This document shows, piece after piece, positions 9,024-17,841 of a stretch of DNA of 64,000 nucleotides. Location of the stretch: sequence record MH355584.1. One strand, 5' to 3'. The stretch is from Escherichia phage vB_EcoM_JB75. The translations under genes and the position numbers were made by a program. Below the pieces are notes generated by a model. It made no database searches, was not told the origin of the DNA, and saw nothing but the letters and a program-made list of their open reading frames with translations. Positions within the stretch are counted from its first letter, which is position 1. Each line of letters starts with the position of its first letter.

Positions 9024-9282
9024 AGATATTAAGGGTTATAAACCACATACCGACGAAAAAATCGGTAAAGTAAATGCTATTAAAGACGCTGAAGTTCGTT
9101 TAGGACTTATCTTTGATGCTTTATATGATGAATTCTGGGAAGCGTGGGACGATTGCGAAGACTTTGAACTCGCGAAGAATTATGCTGAAAGCCTCGATCA
9201 GTTAGCTATTGCTAAAACGAAACTCAAAGAAGCCAGTATGTGGGCTTGTCGTGCTGTGTTCCAACCAGAGGAAAAATACTAA
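9016..9282 (+). CDS. Hypothetical protein (88 aa)
   Basis: ATG after RBS GAGGA; acidic and aromatic-rich. Confidence 0.5.
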   Translation: MIEDIKGYKPHTDEKIGKVNAIKDAEVRLGLIFDALYDEFWEAWDDCEDFELAKNYAESLDQLAIAKTKLKEASMWACRAVFQPEEKY

Positions 9283-9560
9283 TGGCTCAATTAAGCGCAG
9301 GGTTTGGTTATGAGTATTATACTGCCCCTCGTCGTGTGTCTGCTGCTCCTAAGAAAATTCAAAGTCTTGATGACTTCCAGGAAGTAGTCCGTAACGCTTT
9401 CCAGGACTATGCACGGTATCTTAAAGAAGATTCACAGGACTGTCTCGAAGAAGATGAAATTGCTTACTATACGCAGCGTCTTGAACAGCTCAAAAATCTA
9501 CATGAGGTTCGTGCAGAAGTTTCAAAGTCTATGAATAAATTGATTAGATTTAAAGAATAA
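9282..9560 (+). CDS. Hypothetical protein (92 aa)
   Basis: ATG overlapping upstream stop; helical C-terminus. Confidence 0.5.
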   Translation: MAQLSAGFGYEYYTAPRRVSAAPKKIQSLDDFQEVVRNAFQDYARYLKEDSQDCLEEDEIAYYTQRLEQLKNLHEVRAEVSKSMNKLIRFKE

Positions 9561-9562
9561 CT

Positions 9563-9592
9563 GTTTACTTTTCCTCTTGACTGTGGTATAAT
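9563..9592 (+). promoter_or_regulatory. T4-type early promoter
   Basis: -35 GTTTAC, 18-bp spacer ending TGTGG, -10 TATAAT. Confidence 0.75.
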
Positions 9593-9619
9593 TTTTCTAT
9601 CAGTTAAGAGGAGAACAAC

Positions 9620-10081
9620 ATGACTATCAATACAGAAGTTTTTATCCGTCGAAATAAGCTTCGTCGTCACTTTGAGTCGGAGTTTCGTCAAATTAACAAT
9701 GAGATTCGTGAGGCATCAAAAGCAGCAGGAGTCTCATCGTTTCATCTAAAATATTCTCAACATCTTCTTGATCGTGCAATTCAACGGGAGATTGATGAGA
9801 CATATGTTTTTGAATTATTCCATAAAATAAAAGACCATGTTTTAGAAGTTAATGAATTCCTGAGTATGCCTCCGCGTCCTGACATTGACGAGGATTTTAT
9901 TGATGGGGTTGAATATCGTCCTGGACGTTTAGAAATCACAGATGGAAATCTTTGGCTTGGATTTACGGTTTGTAAGCCTAATGAGAAGTTCAAAAACCCG
10001 TCACTTCAATGCAGGATGGCAATTATCAACAGTCGTCGTTTACCAGGAAAGGCTTCTAAAGCAGTAATTAAAACTCAATGA
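9620..10081 (+). CDS. regB: Site-specific endoribonuclease RegB
   Basis: 153 aa, matches recalled T4 RegB sequence and position. Confidence 0.85.
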   Translation: MTINTEVFIRRNKLRRHFESEFRQINNEIREASKAAGVSSFHLKYSQHLLDRAIQREIDETYVFELFHKIKDHVLEVNEFLSMPPRPDIDEDFIDGVEYRPGRLEITDGNLWLGFTVCKPNEKFKNPSLQCRMAIINSRRLPGKASKAVIKTQ

Positions 10082-10088
10082 GGTAAGC

Positions 10089-10634
10089 ATGAGAAAAGCA
10101 CTACTCGCTGGTCTATTGGCCATTTCAATGATGGCACATAGCTCCGAGCATACTTTCAGTAATGTCCAACTCGATAACATGCGTTACGCGTATCAATTCG
10201 GGGAACAATTTTCTAAGGATGGAAAATATAAAACACACAAAAATATCCACAAGAGCGGATTAGGTCATATAATGGCTGCTATTTTATGGCAAGAAAGCTC
10301 TGGCGGAGTTAATTTAAAATCTAAACCAAAGCATCACGCTTATGGAATGTTCCAAAATTATTTGCCTACTATGCGAGCAAGAGTTAAGGAACTTGGTTAT
10401 AATATGACCGATGCTGAAATAAAAAGAATGTTGAATAAACGATCCAATTCAGCTTCCTGGGCGTACATTGAACTTTCTTATTGGTTAAATATACATAAGG
10501 GCGATATAAGAAAAGCAATATCATCTTATAATTCGGGATGGAATGTTAAAGCAGGTTCTAAATATGCTTCTGAAGTCCTAGAAAAGGCTAATTACCTTAA
10601 AAATAATAAACTTTTGGAAATAGTAAATGACTAA
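10089..10634 (+). CDS. Secreted lytic-transglycosylase-like protein
   Basis: N-terminal signal peptide; SLT-like motifs WQESSGG and AYGMFQ. Confidence 0.65.
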   Translation: MRKALLAGLLAISMMAHSSEHTFSNVQLDNMRYAYQFGEQFSKDGKYKTHKNIHKSGLGHIMAAILWQESSGGVNLKSKPKHHAYGMFQNYLPTMRARVKELGYNMTDAEIKRMLNKRSNSASWAYIELSYWLNIHKGDIRKAISSYNSGWNVKAGSKYASEVLEKANYLKNNKLLEIVND

Positions 10635-10974
10635 AATTTTGGTTTTATGTATAGGATTAATTTCATTTTCTGCTTCTGCGTCAGCAGATACATCATATAC
10701 TGAAATTAGAGAATATGTAAATCGCACTGCGGCAGATTATTGTGGGAAAAATAAAGCATGCCAAGCTGAATTTGCGCAGAAATTAATATATGCATATAAA
10801 GACGGAGAAAGAGATAAATCAAGCAGATACAAAAACGATACATTATTAAAACGATATGCTAAAAAGTGGAATACCTTAGAATGTTCAGTTGCGGAGGAGA
10901 AAGATAAAGCCGCTTGTCATTCAATGGTTGACCGTTTGGTAGATTCTTATAATCGAGGATTGAGTACTAGATGA
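10627..10974 (+). CDS. vs: Secreted small protein at the position of T4 vs
   Basis: 115 aa with signal peptide; size and position between regB and tk match T4 vs; sequence identity not verified. Confidence 0.5.
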   Translation: MTKILVLCIGLISFSASASADTSYTEIREYVNRTAADYCGKNKACQAEFAQKLIYAYKDGERDKSSRYKNDTLLKRYAKKWNTLECSVAEEKDKAACHSMVDRLVDSYNRGLSTR

Positions 10975-11438
10975 TTGTAAAATATATCAAGGGCGATATT
11001 GTCGCCCTTTTCGCTGAAGGTAAAAATATTGCGCATGGATGCAATTGTTTTCATACTATGGGTTCAGGCGTAGCGGGTCAATTAACCAAAGCTTTCCCTA
11101 AAATTTTGGAAGCTGATAAATTACAGACTGAATGGGGTGATGTAACTAAACTCGGTTCTTACTCAGTCTATGAAAAATACTTTAGGACTCATAAAGCGTA
11201 TTGCTTCAACCTTTATACTCAATTTCAACCAGGGCCAAATTTTGAGTATTCCGCTTTAATGAATTGTATGTTAGAATTAAATGAGTTTGGTGAAAATAAA
11301 CTGATTAAACCTACAATCTATATGCCTAGGATTGGTGCAGGCATAGGTAAAGGGAACTGGGATATTATTGAGGGGATTTTAGATACATATTCCTCTAAAT
11401 TAGAAATTGTGATTGTTGATTGGGAACCGTTATTATGA
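10971..11438 (+). CDS. Macro-domain protein (ADP-ribose binding / hydrolase fold)
   Basis: N-terminal GDIV...AHGCNCFHTMGSGVAGQL pattern typical of macro domains; glycine-rich loop IGAGIGKG. Confidence 0.65.
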   Translation: MIVKYIKGDIVALFAEGKNIAHGCNCFHTMGSGVAGQLTKAFPKILEADKLQTEWGDVTKLGSYSVYEKYFRTHKAYCFNLYTQFQPGPNFEYSALMNCMLELNEFGENKLIKPTIYMPRIGAGIGKGNWDIIEGILDTYSSKLEIVIVDWEPLL

Positions 11439-11647
11439 ATATACATTATCCACATCCATATGACCCAAAGAATAAGGCAGTAATTATTCGTCAATGGGAA
11501 CGCATTTGCCGTACTAAATGTCCAATTAATAGTCCGCATGATGTAGATAAAGACTACATTGGAACATTCGTTGAATATACCTTTATTGATAAGAAAGGTC
11601 GTAAACAGCATGTAGAAGAATACTGCTTAAAGGTTACATGGTTATGA
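11435..11647 (+). CDS. Hypothetical protein (70 aa)
   Basis: ATG overlaps upstream stop (ATGA). Confidence 0.45.
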   Translation: MNIHYPHPYDPKNKAVIIRQWERICRTKCPINSPHDVDKDYIGTFVEYTFIDKKGRKQHVEEYCLKVTWL

Positions 11648-11850
11648 GCCAAACTAGTATTCTTAAAAATGCCCATTGTGAAAGGTGTAAATGGCCAGTT
11701 GTTTTTGCTTTATGCAACGATGAAATGGCTTGTGATTTCGATTATTGGTGCTATTGTTCTAATAAAGGATGCATCAATCATAAAGGTGAAGGATTTTATT
11801 CGGGATTTTATCCTTATCCAGATTTCGTTAAAGAAGGTAAACCGAAATGA
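11638..11850 (+). CDS. Hypothetical Cys-rich protein
   Basis: 70 aa with 8 Cys (CxxC pairs), possible zinc binding. Confidence 0.5.
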   Translation: MVMSQTSILKNAHCERCKWPVVFALCNDEMACDFDYWCYCSNKGCINHKGEGFYSGFYPYPDFVKEGKPK

Positions 11851-12020
11851 ATAGTTTTGAGTTACAGTATGAAGTGTTACGTGAGCTTGATAATTTAATT
11901 GAACTCGCTGTCAATAAAGGTTTTGCCATTGGAATCGGTCAAAAAGATACTGGTCATTTAACTATGGAAATATTTAAGCAAAAGCGAATTATTTTAAAAC
12001 TCCTGGAAATTAATATATGA
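11847..12020 (+). CDS. Hypothetical small protein (57 aa)
   Basis: ATG overlaps upstream stop; fills an otherwise uncovered gap; not in ORF track (<60 aa). Confidence 0.35.
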   Translation: MNSFELQYEVLRELDNLIELAVNKGFAIGIGQKDTGHLTMEIFKQKRIILKLLEINI

Positions 12021-12202
12021 GTCTGAGTAAAGAACAAAAAGATAAATTGTTTGAGCTTATCCATGAACTTCTAGATGAGCATACAGAAGCAAACACCTTT
12101 TATGATGAATACGGCCCGTTATCTCCCGAACAGCAGGAAGAATTTGCTGATCGGTTTGATAAGAAAGAAAATGAATTAATAGCTTATGTGAATACGCTTT
12201 AA
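12017..12202 (+). CDS. Hypothetical acidic protein (61 aa)
   Basis: ATG overlaps upstream stop. Confidence 0.5.
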   Translation: MSLSKEQKDKLFELIHELLDEHTEANTFYDEYGPLSPEQQEEFADRFDKKENELIAYVNTL

Positions 12203-12211
12203 GAAGGTGAT

Positions 12212-12793
12212 ATGGCGAGTTTAATTTTTACTTATGCAGCAATGAATGCTGGAAAATCTGCTTCTCTTTTGACTGCCGCACATAATTATAAAGAACGTGG
12301 AATGAGTGTATTAGTTCTTAAACCCGCTATTGATACTCGCGATTCTGTCTGTGAAGTTGTTTCTCGCATTGGAATTAAACAGGAAGCGAATATTATTACA
12401 GATGATATGGATATTTTCGAGTTCTATAAATGGGCTGAAGCACAAAAAGATATTCATTGCGTATTTGTAGATGAAGCCCAGTTTTTAAAAACTGAACAGG
12501 TGCATCAATTAAGTCGAATTGTTGATACATATAATGTTCCTGTTATGGCTTATGGATTAAGGACTGATTTCGCTGGAAAATTGTTTGAAGGTTCTAAAGA
12601 ACTTTTAGCGATTGCAGATAAACTTATTGAACTAAAGGCGGTTTGTCATTGCGGTAAAAAAGCGATTATGACAGCTCGATTAACGGAAGATGGAACACCA
12701 GTTAAAGAAGGTAATCAAATCTGTATTGGTGATGAAATTTATGTTTCTTTGTGTAGAAAACATTGGAATGAATTAACTAAAAAGCTCGGTTAG
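12212..12793 (+). CDS. tk: Thymidine kinase
   Basis: 193 aa; P-loop GKSASLL; Zn-ribbon Cys pairs; matches T4 Tk. Confidence 0.95.
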   Translation: MASLIFTYAAMNAGKSASLLTAAHNYKERGMSVLVLKPAIDTRDSVCEVVSRIGIKQEANIITDDMDIFEFYKWAEAQKDIHCVFVDEAQFLKTEQVHQLSRIVDTYNVPVMAYGLRTDFAGKLFEGSKELLAIADKLIELKAVCHCGKKAIMTARLTEDGTPVKEGNQICIGDEIYVSLCRKHWNELTKKLG

Positions 12794-12802
12794 TGCAAAA
12801 GT

Positions 12803-12810
12803 TATAAATA
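12803..12810 (+). promoter_or_regulatory. T4-type late promoter TATAAATA
   Basis: Exact TATAAATA upstream of ORF 12836 and rI. Confidence 0.45.
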
Positions 12811-12835
12811 GGTTTATCTAACTAAAGGGGTATAT

Positions 12836-13048
12836 ATGCTACAATTAACTGAAAAGCAACTTCGCAATCTTACTGTTCTTCAATTAGATGAAATTCGTAG
12901 GGAAGTTGGAAATATCATTTCAGCTTTGCGTCGAGAAGTATCACTCAACCAATCTCCGGCAGACTATACTAGATTGCGAAATTTTGAAAAATACCTTGAT
13001 AAAGTTAAGGCCGTGCATCGGCATAAAGTAAATACAGGACAAAAATGA
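12836..13048 (+). CDS. Hypothetical protein (70 aa)
   Basis: RBS AAGGGG; basic helical protein. Confidence 0.5.
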
Positions 13049-13060
13049 TAGGAGGCCTTT

Positions 13061-13354
13061 ATGGCCTTAAAAGCAACGGCACTATTTGCCATGCTAGGAT
13101 TAGCGTTTGCTTTATCTCCACCAATTGAAGCGAATGTCGATCCTCATTTTGATAAATTTATGGAATCTGGTATTAGACACGTTTATATGCTTTTTGAAAA
13201 TAAAAGCGTAGAATCATCTGAACAGTTCTATAGTTTTATGCGAACGACTTATAAAAATGACCCGTGCTCTTCCGATTTTGAATGTATAGAGCGAGGCGCG
13301 GAGATGGCACAATCATACGCTAGAATTATGAACATTAAATTGGAGACTGAATGA
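13061..13354 (+). CDS. rI: Lysis-inhibition regulator rI (antiholin)
   Basis: 97 aa with signal-anchor; matches recalled T4 RI (MALKATALFAMLGL...). Confidence 0.8.
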   Translation: MALKATALFAMLGLAFALSPPIEANVDPHFDKFMESGIRHVYMLFENKSVESSEQFYSFMRTTYKNDPCSSDFECIERGAEMAQSYARIMNIKLETE

Positions 13355-13737
13355 AATTCAGCGACTTTTCACAAAGTGGAAAACCTTCAAAGGCAGATGA
13401 ATACTTAGGTTTATTAATGGCTGCACAAGCTTATTTTCATTCTGCGCATTTTGAAACTAAAAGTTATGCTAGACACAAAGCATACGATTTTATTTTCTCT
13501 GAGTTGCCAGATCTGATTGATAAATTTGGTGAGCAATATTTGGGGTATTCTGGTAGAAAATACACGCCTTCTATTCCAGATGCCAGTAAACTTCCTACCG
13601 ACACAATTAAAATGATTGATCGCATACTAGACCAATCTAACAGCATTTATAAAGAAATGCCTCCAGCCATTCAAAGCACGATAGATGATATTACTGGAAT
13701 GTTTTACCAGAGTAAGTATCTTCTTTCCCTCGAATAA
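13351..13737 (+). CDS. Hypothetical protein (128 aa)
   Basis: ATG overlaps rI stop; followed by terminator. Confidence 0.55.
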   Translation: MKFSDFSQSGKPSKADEYLGLLMAAQAYFHSAHFETKSYARHKAYDFIFSELPDLIDKFGEQYLGYSGRKYTPSIPDASKLPTDTIKMIDRILDQSNSIYKEMPPAIQSTIDDITGMFYQSKYLLSLE

Positions 13738-13741
13738 CATT

Positions 13742-13765
13742 AGTCTCCTTCGGGAGACTTTTTTC
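13742..13765 (+). terminator. Rho-independent terminator (UUCG tetraloop)
   Basis: AGTCTCC-TTCG-GGAGACT plus T6. Confidence 0.7.
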
Positions 13766-13774
13766 ATTTTGCCG

Positions 13775-13804
13775 GTTTACTTTCCGTTTGAGCTGTGGTA
13801 CTAT
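13775..13804 (+). promoter_or_regulatory. T4-type early promoter
   Basis: -35 GTTTAC, 18-bp spacer, -10 TACTAT. Confidence 0.7.
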
Positions 13805-13832
13805 ACAACTATCGGATAAAGAGGAGAACATC

Positions 13833-14021
13833 ATGAAAATTGAAGCACTTAATCAAGAAGGAAATATCTACGTCATCATTAATGGTGATTTTTTCGTCGA
13901 CATGGATGAAGTTACTAGTGAAGAACTTGTAGAACTTCTTAAGAAACGTTATGATATGTGTGATGAAGCTGCAACTCATATGGCGTGTGCAATATTCTCT
14001 CTTTCATATGTGGTGGAATAA
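13833..14021 (+). CDS. Hypothetical acidic protein (62 aa)
   Basis: ATG after RBS AGAGGAG. Confidence 0.5.
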   Translation: MKIEALNQEGNIYVIINGDFFVDMDEVTSEELVELLKKRYDMCDEAATHMACAIFSLSYVVE

Positions 14022-14224
14022 TGACTAGAATTGAACAAGCAGATAAAATTAAAGAATTGGTAGCTTTAATTCGCAAAGCAGATGAGGAACTTAGTGACTT
14101 TGCTTGGTTTTCGGCAGGCATTGCAAATAAAGGTATTGAAAAATTTGAAGCTAAAGTTGATAATGCTTTAGAAGCGTTAGATATGTTTCTTGATGAAATT
14201 ATCGATCATAATACGAGAGTGTAA
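14021..14224 (+). CDS. Hypothetical protein (67 aa)
   Basis: ATG overlaps upstream stop. Confidence 0.5.
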   Translation: MTRIEQADKIKELVALIRKADEELSDFAWFSAGIANKGIEKFEAKVDNALEALDMFLDEIIDHNTRV

Positions 14225-14226
14225 GT

Positions 14227-14421
14227 ATGCTAACACGCGAACAGTTTGAAAAAATCATTAAATTAGCACGTGATATTGAAATAGATTCATATCAATTAGC
14301 AGTTGAGCATTGTGAAGGATATTCATACGATGGTATAGAAGCAGCTAAAAAGGATTTGGATAAATCTAAAGCTAAGTTAGTTCAATATCTTGAAATGATT
14401 AGGTGGAATAATGAAAACTGA
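14227..14421 (+). CDS. Hypothetical protein (64 aa)
   Basis: ATG after RBS; helical. Confidence 0.5.
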   Translation: MLTREQFEKIIKLARDIEIDSYQLAVEHCEGYSYDGIEAAKKDLDKSKAKLVQYLEMIRWNNEN

Positions 14422-14584
14422 AAAGCAGATGTTTTTAATGAAGCTAATTGAAGAATATGCTAATGCAGTTTCTGACTATGAATGTTCTTCTCGTGAAAGA
14501 GGTACAGCTTTCGCTAAAGAAGAATTGAAAATCATGGTTGATGCTCATACAAAGCTTCAGAATTTTATTGAAAACGTCATTTAA
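14411..14584 (+). CDS. Hypothetical small protein (57 aa)
   Basis: ATG after GGAATAATG; not in ORF track (<60 aa). Confidence 0.35.
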   Translation: MKTEKQMFLMKLIEEYANAVSDYECSSRERGTAFAKEELKIMVDAHTKLQNFIENVI

Positions 14585-14586
14585 TG

Positions 14587-14616
14587 GTTTACAAGTTGGC
14601 AAGGTTATGGTATAGT
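14587..14616 (+). promoter_or_regulatory. T4-type early promoter
   Basis: -35 GTTTAC, 18-bp spacer, -10 TATAGT; imperfect inverted repeat flanks the -10. Confidence 0.65.
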
Positions 14617-14751
14617 AATCTTGTCAACTGCCAAGGAGAAGAGAATGAAAATTTTGTTTGTTGTGTATGTGATGATTCAATATAATTACCCAATGTTTAC
14701 TTATAATCTAGTGAACAACATTATTGATATTATTCAAAGGAGTATGTAATT

Positions 14752-15309
14752 GTGAGTGAGTCGAAGAGAATCAATATGAAACGATTAGTATTAGAAGTTA
14801 GTCCGCTTTTTGGTGAATTGGCTATAGAAAAAGTAAATAACATGTATCGTTTGACACAAGAAGACGATATGCTGTATTTTACGCCTAGTGAAATCATTCA
14901 TTTAACCCAAATTGAATATCCTTATACTGATAAAATAGTAAGCATCAATGATGAGCACAAAATTCATTTTTATTCTTCATGCCCAGGATTTAATATTAAA
15001 AGTGAGTCAATGTGTTTATCAGTTATTCATTGGGATAGTTTTATAGCTAAGATTAAATATTTTTATTATTCTAATGAAAGAAAACATAGTTTAAAATGGC
15101 TCAAAAATTGCAATGCTATTATTACTAACGATTGCAATCAGAATGATGAAACTCTTTTAAATGTATCAAAATGTTATGAAGAGGGAGATGTCTTAACTAT
15201 TCGTCAAATTGATGATTTTCGATCACATATTGTCACATTTACCAAAGACGAAGCTATTGCGCTAAAGACTTATCTTGATTCTGTCATTCCAACTATGATT
15301 TCAAAGTGA
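14752..15309 (+). CDS. Hypothetical protein, tandem paralog A
   Basis: GTG start 9 nt after AAGGAG (alternative ATG at 14776); C-terminal motif shared with next ORF. Confidence 0.55.
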   Translation: MSESKRINMKRLVLEVSPLFGELAIEKVNNMYRLTQEDDMLYFTPSEIIHLTQIEYPYTDKIVSINDEHKIHFYSSCPGFNIKSESMCLSVIHWDSFIAKIKYFYYSNERKHSLKWLKNCNAIITNDCNQNDETLLNVSKCYEEGDVLTIRQIDDFRSHIVTFTKDEAIALKTYLDSVIPTMISK

Positions 15310-15315
15310 GGAAAT

Positions 15316-15837
15316 ATGTTTATTTCAAGTGAAAGTGGTTTAATTCGTGTTGAATTTAAAAATGACATCTTCCTTATTCAAGGAGATGATATTATTAAAA
15401 TGAGTTATGACGAAATCAAGAAAATTTGTCATGCTCTTGAAATCCGTGGAAAAGTAAATGCTACTATCGATATAGGTGATTTATGGGTGACACTTTATGA
15501 AGTATCCGAAGGATTTAACATTGAAGATGAAAACAACATCTTAGCTATTGATAAAAGAAGTGATTTGTTTGATGTGTTAAAAGTTTATGAACAGTCAAAC
15601 GGTGGAAGAAAAGCTGCATTGATTTATCAAAAACCACATTCATGTGGAACTGCTTCAATCGTTTCAAATATTGAAGATGAAACTGATACTTATATGTGTG
15701 TTTTAAAAGCTGGTGGTGACCGTCATCCGGATTTTATTTCTATTCGTCAAAACAATGGAGAAATTTCATTATCAAAATCAGAAGCTGAAGCTATGATTAA
15801 GTATTTAACAACTGTTACACCTTCAATGAAAGGATAA
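15316..15837 (+). CDS. Hypothetical protein, tandem paralog B
   Basis: 173 aa; C-terminus EAEAMIKYLTTVTPSM parallels EAIALKTYLDSVIPTM of paralog A. Confidence 0.55.
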   Translation: MFISSESGLIRVEFKNDIFLIQGDDIIKMSYDEIKKICHALEIRGKVNATIDIGDLWVTLYEVSEGFNIEDENNILAIDKRSDLFDVLKVYEQSNGGRKAALIYQKPHSCGTASIVSNIEDETDTYMCVLKAGGDRHPDFISIRQNNGEISLSKSEAEAMIKYLTTVTPSMKG

Positions 15838-15839
15838 TT

Positions 15840-16301
15840 ATGATTATTAATGAAAGCTCTTGGCATTATAAATTATTCAAAATGTTTAACGACGAATGGA
15901 AACGACCTAAGACACTGTGTGCGTATTTTTGGTCTATTGTTATTCCTACATTTTTTGTTTCTTTTTTCGGATGTACTATACTCGCAGGTCTAACTATTAT
16001 CTGCGCAGAAATCATGCAGAAATGGCTTATTTTCGGTAGTTTATGGACTCTTATTCCATCAGCATTTATACTTGCTATTTTGCTTGTTTTACTTATTATT
16101 GGTTCATTTGTTATTCCTGCACAACTACATGAAAAATATAAAGATTATAAATGGAAAAAGGATTATGCTTTACATGTAGAAAATATTGATAGGGCGTATA
16201 AAGGTTTACCTCCTATTCAACCCAAGAAATCTATTATCGTCGAATTTTTAAAAGCGCGTAAAGCTAAAGTATGTCCTGTTATTGAATATAAGGCTGAATG
16301 A
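15840..16301 (+). CDS. Integral membrane protein (153 aa)
   Basis: 3-4 predicted transmembrane helices. Confidence 0.55.
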   Translation: MIINESSWHYKLFKMFNDEWKRPKTLCAYFWSIVIPTFFVSFFGCTILAGLTIICAEIMQKWLIFGSLWTLIPSAFILAILLVLLIIGSFVIPAQLHEKYKDYKWKKDYALHVENIDRAYKGLPPIQPKKSIIVEFLKARKAKVCPVIEYKAE

Positions 16302-17311
16302 TGAAAACAGTAATGAAAAGCTATTTTGGTAGTCATCTTTATGGAACTTCTACTCCAGAATCTGATGTAGATTTTAAAGAAATCTTTGTTCCTCCTGCTC
16401 GTGATATTCTTATCGGAAATGTTAAAGAGCATATGAGTAAAAACACTAACAACACATCATCTAAAAACACTAAAGATGATATTGACCACGAATTGTATAG
16501 TCTTAAATATTTCTTTAAATTAGCAGCAGATGGTGAAACTGTAGCGTTAGATATGCTTCACACTCCACCTGAGTTAGTGGTTAAATCTGATTTGCCTGAT
16601 GTGTGGAAGTTTATTCAAGACAACCGTTCTCGTTTTTATACGACTAACATGAAATCCTATTTAGGATATGTCCGTAAGCAAGCTTCTAAATACGGCGTTA
16701 AGGGTTCTCGTTTGGCTGCATTACGCGATGTATTGAAAGTAGTTAATCAAATCCCTGAGCAATGGGTTGATTACCAAGAAGATGGTTCTATTAAGCAACG
16801 TCGCACTAAAGTTGAAGATATTAAGCATCGTCTTCCAGAAAACGAGTTCTGTGAATGGGTGTTCCATAATCATGAGAAAACAGGCCCACAAACGTTCTAC
16901 ACTGTGTTGGGTCGTAAATATCAGACAACACTTTCTCTTATTGAGCTTAAGCAGTCTTTGAATAAACTTGATGCCGAATACGGTGAACGCGCTCGTAAGG
17001 CTGAAGCGAATGAGGGCATTGACTGGAAAGCTTTGAGTCATGCTTGTCGTGGTGGACTCCAACTATTGGAAATTTACAAAACTGGTGACTTAGTCTATCC
17101 ACTTCAAGACGCTCCATTTATTCTCGACGTGAAGTTGGGTAAACATCCATTTAAAACTGTTCAAGAGTTTTTGGAAGATGTGGTCGATCAAGTAGAAGCA
17201 GCATCTACTGAAGCTTCTAAGAACGGTATGCAGCAAAAAGTAGACATGGGTTTCTGGGATGACTTCCTTGAGAAGGTCTATCTCGAAAACCATCGAAGTT
17301 ATTATAAATGA
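16298..17311 (+). CDS. Nucleotidyltransferase-fold protein (Pol-beta superfamily minimal NTase motif)
   Basis: N-terminal GS-x9-SDVDF matches the hG[GS]x9-13Dh[DE]h NTase signature; 337 aa with helical C-terminal domain. Confidence 0.6.
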   Translation: MMKTVMKSYFGSHLYGTSTPESDVDFKEIFVPPARDILIGNVKEHMSKNTNNTSSKNTKDDIDHELYSLKYFFKLAADGETVALDMLHTPPELVVKSDLPDVWKFIQDNRSRFYTTNMKSYLGYVRKQASKYGVKGSRLAALRDVLKVVNQIPEQWVDYQEDGSIKQRRTKVEDIKHRLPENEFCEWVFHNHEKTGPQTFYTVLGRKYQTTLSLIELKQSLNKLDAEYGERARKAEANEGIDWKALSHACRGGLQLLEIYKTGDLVYPLQDAPFILDVKLGKHPFKTVQEFLEDVVDQVEAASTEASKNGMQQKVDMGFWDDFLEKVYLENHRSYYK

Positions 17312-17313
17312 TA

Positions 17314-17337
17314 GGGAGCCTTCGGGCTCCCTTTTTT
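17314..17337 (+). terminator. Rho-independent terminator (UUCG tetraloop)
   Basis: GGGAGCC-TTCG-GGCTCCC plus T6. Confidence 0.75.
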
Positions 17338-17361
17338 ATTTAAAAATTTTTTCACAAAATT

Positions 17362-17391
17362 GTTTACAAGCATAAAGCTTTATGGTACTAT
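17362..17391 (+). promoter_or_regulatory. T4-type early promoter
   Basis: -35 GTTTAC, 18-bp spacer, -10 TACTAT; diverged copy of the cassette at 2628. Confidence 0.7.
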
Positions 17392-17428
17392 ACAACTATC
17401 AAAACAAACACTTAAACGGAAAAACAAA

Positions 17429-17578
17429 ATGAAAATTACACCAATTGAAGTAAAAAAGTTGATTGACACAGAAGAAATTTCAGAGTGTTTTGAAAGTTTC
17501 TTAGAAGATGCAACTGAAGATAATGCAGTTTATCTCGCTCAGAAAATTATCGAAACTTATTTGGAGAAGAATCAATGA
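17429..17578 (+). CDS. Hypothetical small protein (49 aa)
   Basis: ATG downstream of promoter; the track ORF 17360 start lies inside the promoter. Confidence 0.4.
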   Translation: MKITPIEVKKLIDTEEISECFESFLEDATEDNAVYLAQKIIETYLEKNQ

Positions 17579-17838
17579 CAGTTTACGTAGATGTTTTAAT
17601 GAATCATGGATGGAAACTTCGCGGTCATCCAACTAAAAATTGTCATATGTTCACTGATGGAGATATTGAAGAGCTTCATGAAATGGCAGAAGCAATAGGA
17701 ATGAAACGTTTTTGGTTTCAAGATAAACGCATTAAACATTATGACTTACACGCTCGCCGACGCCAAAAAGCTGTAGAACTTGGAGCTGTAGAAGTATCTC
17801 GCCGTGAAGCGGTAAAAATTTGGCGAACGTTAAAATAA
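17575..17838 (+). CDS. Hypothetical protein (87 aa)
   Basis: ATG overlaps upstream stop. Confidence 0.5.
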   Translation: MTVYVDVLMNHGWKLRGHPTKNCHMFTDGDIEELHEMAEAIGMKRFWFQDKRIKHYDLHARRRQKAVELGAVEVSRREAVKIWRTLK

Positions 17839-17841
17839 ATT

